A model generated the notes under the pieces. It searched no databases, was not told the DNA's origin, and was given only the letters and a program-made list of their open reading frames with translations. This document shows, one piece after another, positions 1-9,967 of a stretch of 17,768 bases of DNA. Position 1 is the stretch's first letter, and each line of letters begins with the position of its first letter. The position numbers and the translations under genes were made by a program. This DNA is from Histomonas meleagridis 2922-C6/04-290x. Lineage: Eukaryota > Protista > Parabasalia. The DNA lies in the NCBI GenBank assembly GCA_020184695.1, contig JAANOX010000118.1, forward strand, positions 1 to 17,768. Direction: 5' to 3'.

Positions 1-206
1 GAGTAGCTGCTGGTTCGGTTACGTATCTTTATTTACTAGTTTATATGAAAAGTATGAAACGTTATTCAAAACCGATTTTCCTTCATTTTTTCTGATTTAT
101 AACTTTTAATAGATTATTTAGAATAACTTTTCAATGTAATAAACCACCATTTTTTCTGAGAAATTGATGGACGATTCGAGTTGAATCTGTAAATTTCCCT
201 CTTGAA

Positions 207-812
207 ATGAGCGGTATCAGTGCGACAATACAAGGATTCATTTCATTGTGTGTTAACCCTGTTGGTAAATCATGCCTTGTCTTCGTTTTGGTGAGAGTCG
301 TTTCAACCAATTCATGATGTTTACAAATCTGGATGATATCACCTCAATTCAAATTAATAAAGAATTGAAGATAGAAACATTAAAGTGCCGTCTGGATACA
401 GCGGGTCAAGGGTTTCAGATCTGTACGAGGTTGTCTCAGATAGCGTTTCCGTACGTCATCATCTTGATATATGAATAACCTTCCTTTGAAAAGGTGGAAG
501 ATTGGATCAAAGATGTTTGCATATTAGCACTCTAGAAGATTGTATGATAGCTGTATTTGGAAATAAACATGATTGCGAGGCACAAAAGACACTGCACCAC
601 ATCACTGGGTCAGCAGAGCTTGCTGACCGACACGGAATAATGTTTGCCCGACATCAGCACTTTAATGGGGATCTAATGCTGAAAATGCATTTGATCTATC
701 GCATACCATCTGTCTGTTTGTACTGAAAAGAAAAATAGAGAACAATCCCCAAATTTTCACAGTTCAGATCTCATAGCATTCAAAATGGGAAAATGAAACC
801 ACAGGTTGCTGA
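207..812 (+). pseudogene. Rab-family small GTPase pseudogene (multiple frameshifts and stops)
   Basis: The GTPase boxes occur in the correct order and spacing but across changing frames: VGKSCL (261-278, G1), DTAGQ (395-409, G3), SFEKVEDWIKDV, GNKHD (559-573, G4), TSAL..G.NAENAF (651 onward, G5). A C-terminal ...TTGC* ends at 810-812. Confidence 0.85.
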
Positions 813-1645
813 GGAATCGCTTTAAAAGAAATATGCAATTATCTTGCTCTATTTTCAAACCTCAAAATTTTAGACAAACAAAACATTTGGCCAAATGTAG
901 TACCATATTCGGTGTGTGTATCTCGATGTGAGTTTTCTTCCTGTTTCCTACTCTGAATTTCCAGAAGGCTGAGAAAAGAGACTCCGATTCAGTCTATTTT
1001 ACCTTTTGTATAAATGAATGGATTTTAATCGTCTGACTTGGTGATAGTGGTTTTGATTGACAGCTGAGACGGAACTACTCTCTTGTCTTCTAACATTTAA
1101 AATCACGCGTAACTACACATACGACATAAGGCATGACTTCTAGATTATACAATAACAAATGTATTTACTTATAATTGTTATAATAAGTTTTCTTTTAATA
1201 CCTATGGCATACAATTTATACATGGAGGAGTTCCAAAATGTATACATTATGAATTTGAATGAAATATTTTGTGGTAAAAAGGGTTGAAAACATTGTTCAA
1301 GTTTGCTAACATATTAATTGAGTATTGATATGGCTTAGATAATAAAAATTGCTTATTTTTCCAAATTTACTTTTAATATTATATTGAAGATATTTCTACA
1401 TAATTTCTTAAAATTTCATAAAATCAATTCAACACACATGTAAAACAAGAGTTAAGATATACCTTTAGAATAAATATATAAACATTATGTTTTGATAATT
1501 TGAAATTATCGATTTTTATAACCCCAATTAATTTTGAAAATGTGCTTACACAACAACCATTTATAACTGAAATTTTCCAAATTAAACAAATTTAACACTT
1601 TGATTGGATCACCTTCTTCGTCTGATATAGGGTAAATCTTTCTCG

Positions 1646-2793
1646 CTATTTATATCTGTATAAGATGTTCCCCGAAATGGCTCTTGTTCTGTTTTCCTGT
1701 AAATTCATATTTAAGGGATCAATGTATGTTAAACTATTTCTTGTTGTTTTGCGATGCTTTCTATGATGTGGTTTTTGTTGTTGTGCATCGGTGGTTGTAT
1801 CTGTAGGTGTTGTACGATGTTTCCTTCTTCTTTTCTTTTCTGCTGATTCAAAATTGCTAGTAATTGAATTTGATCGACGATGTTGTAAACCAAATGCTGC
1901 TATTGTTACGCTTTTCCTGTTACAAGTTTCATATTGTATTTTGCTGAGGGATGTAGTTGTATCCTCTTTATTTTCTGTTCGAAGAATATGTGAGGCACCC
2001 CGCGGGGTTAAAAGAAAACGGAGCTTCAAGAGCAGTTTGAATAGCTGCGGGAAGAATTGGAATGAAGGATCCGGGCCATGTAAGTGGATAAAGAAGCCCA
2101 AGAAGGGAAAATGCAGTATCACTTAGAACCTTGGCCGAGGATGAAACAACAATAATTCTGTAGTCAAAAAGCATTGCAACGGTACAGTGAAGAATATCTG
2201 TGATATTATACTTCGAAAAAAGATATAAATAAATTTTCAAAAGTTCATTTGATGGACTAAGGTGGTCAATACTTTTAATGTTGAGAAGAGAAGCAGCAGC
2301 TGTGTCTAATGTATTATCATATGGAAATACATTAAGTTTTAAATTGATAACTTCCGAAATATTCTTTTTGCTGAATTTTATCTAATCCTGCAATGTTACT
2401 TATTATCTCTGAATAGAGTGTAGGGTGATATCTTTTTGATATGAGACAATAAGCATGAATTTTATTATCTTCTGCAATATGATAATGAACAAAAGCAAAA
2501 AGTAATTTGCGATCAGAATCAGTAAATGCGAAGTTAAATTGCTCAAGATTTTTTATATCGCATTTTTCAAAAGGAAAACAAAATGTTTTGAGATTATTGC
2601 TAATTGATTCTGGAACTTCTGATGTTTTCTGATAAATTGAAACAGATTCAGATCCTTGGACTACGTTATAAACATATTCGAATAGAAAATCCTGCTCTAG
2701 TTTAAAAATGAAAGCATCCTTTTTAGCGGTAAAATATCCCTGATTGTAAAGTTTACATTCAAATTTCATAGAAAATAAAATATTTGTGAGCAT
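1646..2793 (-). pseudogene. DENN-domain (Rab GEF-like) gene broken by two frameshifts
   Basis: ORF 2332-2832 has uDENN-like motifs (TFCFPF, FNFAFTDSDRKLLFAF, YCLISKRYHPTLY). A 1-nt shift near 2359 gives the open reading ISEVINLKLNVFPYDNTLD...KIYLYLF into ORF 1968-2240. That ORF has core-DENN motifs (LFDYRIIVVS, LLGLLYPLTWPGSFIPILP, LEAPF). A second shift near 2000 leads into ORF 1646-2122 (GASHIL..., basic low-complexity tail). The start and 3' end are uncertain. Confidence 0.78.
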
Positions 2794-3669
2794 TTTATTA
2801 CTAGTTGTCAGACATTTGTATTTGGTTTGCAAACATTTGTTAACGTCAAAAACCTATAAAAATATTCATTGAGTTATATCAAAAAGGTCAATTTCACATA
2901 TATGTTATCTTGTAAGTTACATGAGAAAATCATTTTTTGTTTTTATTATATATAATGTTTTAACTTTCCAATACCGATAGCTTTGTTCAAACGTGGTTGA
3001 ATCTAACCAACGTTGTGGATATCTAAATGTATAACTATTATATTTATTAACATTTGTTAATTCTTTTTCATATGAAACTTTCATGTTAAATCTTAATTTG
3101 TATAATTTTCTTCTCTAGAAGATAAATGATTATCAGTTTTGTACATTTAATGAAAAATAGTCATAACAATAACCAATTTGCTAGAATAAAATTCATTGTA
3201 AAAATCTTTTCAGAATAAGAATAGTGTTGTAAATCAAAGTAAAACTTCGATACATTATCTAATGGAATATATTTCACAACAATCGATAGTATTGATAAAT
3301 CTTTCATATTACATATGGCAGGTATCATTTAATAATAAATCCTTGGATAATCGTTTTACTTATAAATAATATTTTAGTGAAAGAATTAACTGTTAAACAG
3401 TTAAACATTATGAATATGCATTATTTAAATCAAATGTTTAGCAAAATTAACACTATAATGGATTTGTAAAAAAATATAAATCGTTTGTTAGTAAATATAA
3501 TTAATGGTTATTCTATTAATCATAATGCTTTGAAAAATCATATTCATAATATTATTAACAATGATTTAACTATTAATGGTAGTCTTGTAACAAATAGTAT
3601 TAACGGATATTATATAGGGTACGGCAAAACAATAGAAATTTCTCATACATATCTCGCTACATATATAAT

Positions 3670-4600
3670 TAGTGACCAGTCTCCATGCACTCCCAAACCA
3701 AATCGAAAATATGTTTTATTAACAAATTTAGAATAAATTTTTTTCAAAATTATATTATCTGATATCAGAAAAAGCCAAAGCTCATTAATAAAAAGACCCT
3801 CTTTCACAGCATATTGTTTCCAACACATTCATGGATGAGAATAAAATCAAAAATGTTTATTTAAGTCAAATTTGGTAAATTGACCAAGATTAACTTATTG
3901 TATCAGGGCTATTGTCTTCCCAAGCATTGCATTGAGAATAATTCAAATATGTTTCGAAATTGTCTTGTTTCATCCATCTTGATGAGTTATGGTATGAAAT
4001 GTTATCAATCTTTGTTCTTTCGACCAAATTAGTCGTTTCTCTAGCTATATGAAACAATGGCAGCTTGGTGCCTGCAAATATAAAACTGAGGTTATCACAG
4101 AGGTCATAGTTTCTTCTGAATCAAGAACTATGATATTAACAGCATCTGATCCAATATGTGCCCATGTCTTTATAAAATAAGACAGTATATGCTATGGTGT
4201 TTCATCACAGTTGATGATTTGATTAACTGGTTTAGTTTCAATCAGGTTTCTCACGGCTTTCATTTAAACATCAATTGAAAATTTCTTCTGCTACGCCTGT
4301 TACGTTTTTTAAGATCAAATACAAAATTTTGAACTAAACATCATATCTGGGATACATGATTAATAGAGTCTGTTTTTTGTAATAGTATATCTTGTTGAAT
4401 AAAATTCGTTCTGATTAAAACTTAAATTGATTTTCCTTCATTATCTGTGAAGACTTTATGATAAGCTCCATGAACAGATCCAACATATGGTATCCATTCC
4501 TTATCCATTTCCCATTTGTGGTACCATCCACAGATTCAGGAATGTGATACTGTTTTGATAATCGAACTTTTACAATACCAATAGATAAAAAATGGGATTA
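3670..4600 (-). mobile_element. Decayed pogo/Tc5-like (DDE_1 family) DNA transposase
   Basis: Manual minus-strand translation across frameshifts gives SVDGTTNGKWIRNGYH, then IINCDETP* (D at 4204-4206, with TAG where W is expected), KTWAHIGSDAVNII..DSEETMTSV, AGTKLPLFHIARETT (4075 onward), SYHNSSRWMKQDNFETYL and IFDLVWECM. This motif order is typical of DDE_1 transposases. No terminal inverted repeats were identified. Confidence 0.72.
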
Positions 4601-4802
4601 GAGATAATAGTATTTGACTATGAATAGTCAAGAAAATCTGTAAAAAACTCAAAAAGTGTATTCATTTAGAAAGATCCTCATTGAAAAATATTCATATTCA
4701 AGTATCTCAATAAAATGCAATGTAACAAATCAAATCATATTAAAAGTTTTTAGAGATGATATGTTTTTCAGAAAATATGTTCGAAAATAGATTTCATATG
4801 AA

Positions 4803-6357
4803 TTAATGGTTAAAATTGTAAATCTCTTTAGGCTTCCCATTAATATGAATCAATTCCATCTTTGTATGATTATTTCTAGACTCGTACATAAGTGCTGTCC
4901 ATATTTTAAATAATTTCCAAATATTATTTTGAAATATAAAATTATTAAAAAATATTTTAATCAAAACAAATAAATATTTTTAGCATTAATATCAATTCCT
5001 TCTTGTTCAAGAAGTAATTTAACTATTTCTGTGTAACCATTTTCAGATGCTAACATAAGTGCTGTATTAAATATTTTAAATAATTTTCAAATATTATTTT
5101 GAATTTCCAAATTATTAAAATAAATAATAAATAAAACAAATAAATATCTTTAGCATTAATATCAATTCCTTTTTGCTCCAAAATATATTTGACAAGTTCC
5201 GTGTTTCCTGATCCTGATGAAAATACCAATATATCTTGCGGATTTGAATGCTCTTTAAGAAAATATTCAACTAAAAAAATATTTCCAATATTTGCTGCTT
5301 CATTAATGATATTTTCATTAATTTTCATTCCTTCTTTTTCTAAATATGTAAAAATTTCATAATTAAAATATGAAACACATTTTTCTCCTAATTTTTTTTA
5401 ATTTGTTAATATCTTCAATTTTATTTTCATAAAGAAAATGAAAAATATCATTTCGATGAAATTCAATTGCTGTTTCATATGCATATTTAAATGACGAATG
5501 ATTTTGTTCACATAAATGAATGATTTCTTCATTTCCACCTGCAACTGCATATTCACCTGTATTTTTTATATCAGAACCATTCATAAGTAAATATTTAAAA
5601 CATTTAACAGATCCAAAAAATGCTGCATAATCAATTAATGTAACATTTCTATTTATAAATGAACATCTTTCATAAAGTGATGGTTCAATTTTTTGATTAA
5701 AATTAAAATTTGTTTGTGATGATATTTCTTGAAGTTTTTCGATTTCATCATTTCGAATTATTTTTGCAATTTCATTTGGATTATGTCCTTCTTTAACATA
5801 TTTCTTATGAAGTTCCCAATCATTCTTTGATAGTTCTTCATAATTTTTTAAAAAAATTGATTCTAAAGGTTGAAAATATTTTCGTTTACTTTGTTTTTCT
5901 GTTTTATATTGTGCAAAATATTTTGAAATATTATTATTTTTTATATCTTCATGAGGTATTTAGATCAATCATTTTACTAATTTAGATAGTTTGATTCTTG
6001 TGATGCAATATTGCATATGTATCCAATGAAAAAATCAAATATTTTGGGATTACTTTTATCCATTTCTTCTTCTTTTGTTTGAATTGATTTCAAATAATTA
6101 ATATAAACAGAACTTTTGTTCTTTCGTGATACAAAAGCCATATAAATTAATTCACTAATATTAATATTAAATGAACGAGGGAAATTTGTGTCAAATAATT
6201 TCAGCGTTTGTTGAATTTATGAATTAAGATTTTCTTCAGTTAAATTAAATATTATATGTTCGAGCGAAAGAAGTGATTCCAGATAAATATTTTCACTTTC
6301 CTTTTCTGAATAATTTGTTGTCGTTGTTATTTGATCTTGGGTGATACCATTATCCAT
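4803..6357 (-). pseudogene. DUF3447/ankyrin-repeat gene, inverted paralog of 12879-15341, with spacer-interrupted ankyrin units
   Basis: ATG at 6357 gives MDNGITQDQ...ENIYLESLLSLEHIIFNL, with a TAA at 6217-6219 and further breaks around 5990-5850. Region 5846-5149 is nearly identical to 13325-14022. It is followed by a 77-nt spacer (5066-5142), the unit TALMLASENGYTEIVKLLLEQEGIDINAKNI (4973-5065), a 74-nt spacer (4899-4972) and a degenerate unit TALMYESRNNH...* ending at 4803. Confidence 0.85.
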
Positions 6358-6381
6358 CAGCTCCAAAAATGATCATTGAAA

Positions 6382-6417
6382 TTTAACGGTTAGAAGTGTC
6401 CCCTAATGACCGTTAAA
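6382..6417. promoter_or_regulatory. Inverted pair of Myb/M3-like sites (TTTAACGGT-N18-ACCGTTAAA) upstream of the minus-strand ankyrin gene
   Basis: A 9-bp perfect inverted repeat containing TAACGG lies 25-60 nt upstream of the ATG at 6357. AACCGTTA fits the trichomonad M3 core-promoter consensus DRCSGTTD as I recall it. Confidence 0.4.
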
Positions 6418-6453
6418 GATAACTTCGCTAAAAACGGCTTATAACACTAATTT

Positions 6454-7020
6454 TCAAGAATGATAAATAGCTTGATCCTCATTAGCCAAAAATACGTCTG
6501 TCGAACTCACTGTTGGCAAATTATTGCAGTGATATTCAACCATCTTTGCCAAAAAGCCAATGAGTTCCATGTTAGCTATGCGTTTGATAAAAATTGAATT
6601 TAGTTTAACGACACTTTGATTAATTTCTTCTTCTTTTATTTGAATTGTCTCTAAAAAATTTATGTAAATATCAAATACACACTTTCGTGATGAAAATGAA
6701 TGGAAGTTTCCTTCGTTTAAACTGAATATGGTTTTCTCAAGTTTAATAAGGAATTTCATGTAAATTGATGATTGATGATTCAAATTTTTATCTCCTGTGT
6801 TTATGTTAGTAGTATCATCATAAAGCACGTGTTTTGACAATATCATGGCTTCATACAAAATGGAATCGCACACACTGGGTTACGATTTTAAACGGTAAGC
6901 TAAAGGAATAATTTTTCGAGTATAGCAATATATACTTCAGAGATAAAAGCTTTTCCATTCAGCAAAATTAACTTTGTTTCCATATTTTTATATGTTAGAA
7001 TTAAGTTTCGGTAAAAACAT
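6454..7020 (-). pseudogene. Unknown protein pseudogene
   Basis: ATG at 7020 is in frame with ORF 6454-6873. The reading MFLPKLNSNI*KYGNKVNFAEWKSFYL*SIYCYTRKIIPLAYRLKS*PSVCDSILYEAMI... has three in-frame stops. No family was recognised. Confidence 0.45.
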
Positions 7021-7376
7021 AAAATTCCATCATAAACCATTTACAGTAAAAATTATGCTTATAGAATATCTATAATGTATTTTTACAAATTAGCTCCATC
7101 CATTGCTTGCATATTTTGAAACATAAATGAAATCATCTTTTGAGAAAAAGATATATTGTTAGAATGAAAAAATATGATTCTCACTAACCTGAAATTCTCA
7201 ATATTATTTTTCATACATATTTAGAAATCAAATAAAAACATGTAAATTGAAATTTGATACATTTCTAAATGTACAAAAAATGTTTATTTTGTTTTATGAC
7301 ACAAAGAACATGGTGTAATGCATTGCAAAAATATTCTGAAATGTTATGGGATCATTTTGAAAAAACTATAATTTTC

Positions 7377-7394
7377 AAAAAAAAAAAAAAAAAA
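7377..7394 (+). repeat. A18 homopolymer
   Basis: 18 consecutive A in intergenic DNA. Confidence 0.95.
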
Positions 7395-7554
7395 GTCATG
7401 AATGTAGTTGTCCGTTAATATGGATTGTAAAAAAAAGGTACTCAATCTTTGAATGATGTATACAATTTTTCAAATGTTTACAAAAAAACGACACAGAATG
7501 ATCATTTGGCGGTTATATACGACACTTTTTCTATTCTGACAACCTAACAAACCG

Positions 7555-7559
7555 TCATT
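7555..7559 (+). promoter_or_regulatory. Initiator (Inr) element TCATT
   Basis: Matches the trichomonad Inr TCAY(T/A) and ends 7 nt upstream of the ATG at 7567. Confidence 0.55.
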
Positions 7560-7566
7560 CCACCAG

Positions 7567-9087
7567 ATGAGTAACATTGTGTTTTCAAGACTTGTCAATC
7601 CACAATTTTCGTTCTTATTTTCGAACTATAACCCTGCAAATGCAAAGACTACAATGAAGGCACAACTGAAGATGCAAAATCTGCAACTTCATCCAAAAAA
7701 CATCTCGTTTTTTTTATCAGCTTTTGGTCCATTCAGACTCACCAGTGGTACAGTGTCTAAACTTTCTATAAAGAAATCTGTTATCAATTCTGATACAACT
7801 CCTATTAGAATCAGTTGCGACCAAGTTGTTGTAAACATAGACCTAATAACGGGAGAAGATATAGCAATGGAGTATGACCTTAGCAGCATTCCATCGCTTG
7901 GATTTCCTGCTGATTCCATCCAATCTGAACTTGATGTCTCATCAATCAAAGTCAAAAGCCTCAAAGTTAACCTTAACGTTGCAAACTCTTATACAGTTTG
8001 TCTCACATTTTCTAACTTTGTTCAATATGCAACCAATAACAATTTTCTTATTGATACTTCTATGGCACTTCGCCAACTCATATCTCAAACCGGGTTTGTT
8101 TACAAAGAGATGAAGCTCACACTTGACAGCTTTTACATTGTTGAACACAAACATAATTTTGATCAATTTCTTGGAATGGTCATTGAATCTATACCCGTAA
8201 CAGCTCGTACTGTTGTTAAGAAGCGGATGAATCTTCAGTTCAATCAATCTGAGATGGATGTTTTTCTTCATAAAGATCTTACGTTCAATCTTAGTCCTGA
8301 ACTTATGGAAGCCATTACCTCTATTAAGCAACTTGTATCGGACTCATACAAAGGGTGGGATGTCACCAAGCGGAATCTTCAAGTATGTAATCATTTGCCA
8401 TCAATGCTATCGTTCCTATCGCGCATAACGGTCACCTTCAAAGGGTCCATATTAATACATGTTCAAATTGACTCGACGATAGTTGTTGATTTGATTGTTA
8501 ATTCAGGGACAACATTTACGTCGAATAACTTTAGTGATTGTCCATCAATTTCTAAAGCGTTTCTGACGATACCGAATATTCAATTGTTTATAAACGGCGA
8601 AGAATTCATAACAGCGAAAGATGGCGGAGCAATGTCATTATCTATTCCTACGATTGATCCGACAGAAAGAAGTTACCTAAACCCAAGTAATTTCTCGATA
8701 TCGATTGAGGACCATATGAATTCGAAGGCGGAAACGAATTGTTCGATATTTAATGTTCCAGGAAACATATTAATCGATGTAACAATTGCGGATTTTGAGA
8801 ATTTGAAGAACAAAATTAAGGAATTGTCTGAGAAAAAGTTAAATGGGACACAAGCAAAAGGAAAAATTAATAACATAAAGTTCGTTTTCATGAAGGATAA
8901 AGTAAAAAACGAAGTGCAAATGGAAAACGTAAACTTTAAGTTGTACATGAACGAACAGAAAACAGTTAACTTGGAAATGACTTCAAAGGACATGTGCTTC
9001 AAAAACGTAGATAACGAAAATGAAAAAATTGTTATCGGGGAACTGAACGGATGCGGATTGTTCCCCTTTTTGTTTTCTTTTGCTTAA
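7567..9087 (+). CDS. 506-aa protein with a chorein-N-like (VPS13/ATG2/BLTP3-type) N-terminus; putative bridge-like lipid-transfer protein
   Basis: Intact 506-codon ORF with an Inr and a TAAA at the stop. The N-terminal pattern MKAQLKMQNLQL...FRLTSGTVSKLSIK....DTTPIRISCDQVVVNI resembles the chorein-N pattern (NL.L...I..G....L.I.......T.PI....D.V.V). The rest is beta-strand-like. The CDS is well supported; the domain call is by eye only. Confidence 0.6.
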   Translation: MSNIVFSRLVNPQFSFLFSNYNPANAKTTMKAQLKMQNLQLHPKNISFFLSAFGPFRLTSGTVSKLSIKKSVINSDTTPIRISCDQVVVNIDLITGEDIAMEYDLSSIPSLGFPADSIQSELDVSSIKVKSLKVNLNVANSYTVCLTFSNFVQYATNNNFLIDTSMALRQLISQTGFVYKEMKLTLDSFYIVEHKHNFDQFLGMVIESIPVTARTVVKKRMNLQFNQSEMDVFLHKDLTFNLSPELMEAITSIKQLVSDSYKGWDVTKRNLQVCNHLPSMLSFLSRITVTFKGSILIHVQIDSTIVVDLIVNSGTTFTSNNFSDCPSISKAFLTIPNIQLFINGEEFITAKDGGAMSLSIPTIDPTERSYLNPSNFSISIEDHMNSKAETNCSIFNVPGNILIDVTIADFENLKNKIKELSEKKLNGTQAKGKINNIKFVFMKDKVKNEVQMENVNFKLYMNEQKTVNLEMTSKDMCFKNVDNENEKIVIGELNGCGLFPFLFSFA

Positions 9088-9955
9088 ACTTTTTTATCTT
9101 TTATTGTATTCGAAATATGAATGTGAAAATCAGAAGAAAATGAATTACTTTGGACATTTGATGAAAAATGTGTTTCAAAATTATTTTCTTAAAGTTTTAT
9201 AATTTTCCTCCATTAGATGCATTTTTAAAAATTTCTTATAACATTTTTTATAAACACTTCTATATAATGATACATAAGAATTGAATATTGTTGACAAATA
9301 TCTGATAATCCAGTATTGTCGATTTTACATAGGGAAGGTATTTCTGATATTAGGGTTATATTGCTTTATTTATATTAATCGCCTTTATATATATAAAGAA
9401 ATTATCCAAGAAATTACATAAAACAGCGCAGATATAAGGAATGTTTGTAACAATAAGATCATATATTATCAATAATATCTTATTAATTGTATCATAATGA
9501 GCAAACATCTTGAGAAAGATTTTAATATCAAAAACAGATGTCCAATTGGACTTGATTATTCATAATAATATTCGCAATATATTTGTGAACAAGTAACTAA
9601 AAAAATAATCAATCATAAATATAAATGACATTGTTATGAAATCAACCACATTTCAGAATGATTAATAACTATTTTTCCACATTCGGAAAGAGCATTTGGC
9701 TTGCATTGCATCATTCTTCAAATTTGAAATTTGTTCGAACAAAAAGTTATCATCCAACAGAAATCCCAACAATTATTTGTATACACATTTCAATGTTTTT
9801 ACATTTCATCTTTTTGACAGAAATCACTTATTTCTGGATAATATTATTTAGATTTTCATCATAACTGCCAAAATTTAACGTCGGCCTGTTTCAGTCGCAC
9901 GCTGTCTAACGGTCTCGCCTACTGGCCGTGGTCGTGGAATTGAGAGGTGTCAGAT

Positions 9956-9962
9956 TCACTTT
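9956..9962 (+). promoter_or_regulatory. Initiator (Inr) element TCACTTT of the EF-2 gene
   Basis: Consensus trichomonad Inr a few nt upstream of the ATG at 9968, at the end of a GC-richer upstream island (about 9880-9955) that also has TAACGG at 9907-9912. Confidence 0.65.
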
Positions 9963-9967
9963 GATTC

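Noticed and set aside
1040-1130. Minus-strand RLSCQ, reminiscent of a 2Fe-2S ferredoxin
   Set aside because: There is no upstream Cx4Cx2C-type motif in any consistent frame and stops flank it; probably chance.
1791-2126. Plus-strand 111-aa ORF
   Set aside because: It is the antisense shadow of the DENN gene and starts at a non-ATG codon.
207-2793. Functional Rab plus DENN-GEF gene cluster
   Set aside because: Both families are highly expanded in trichomonads and both copies are broken, so adjacency is weak evidence.
3485-3828. ORFs 3485-3736 (+) and 3643-3828 (-)
   Set aside because: The first is low-complexity and Asn-rich with a non-ATG start. The second overlaps the decayed transposase tail.
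7689-9002. Antisense ORFs within the 506-aa gene
   Set aside because: Short shadow ORFs with no recognisable features.
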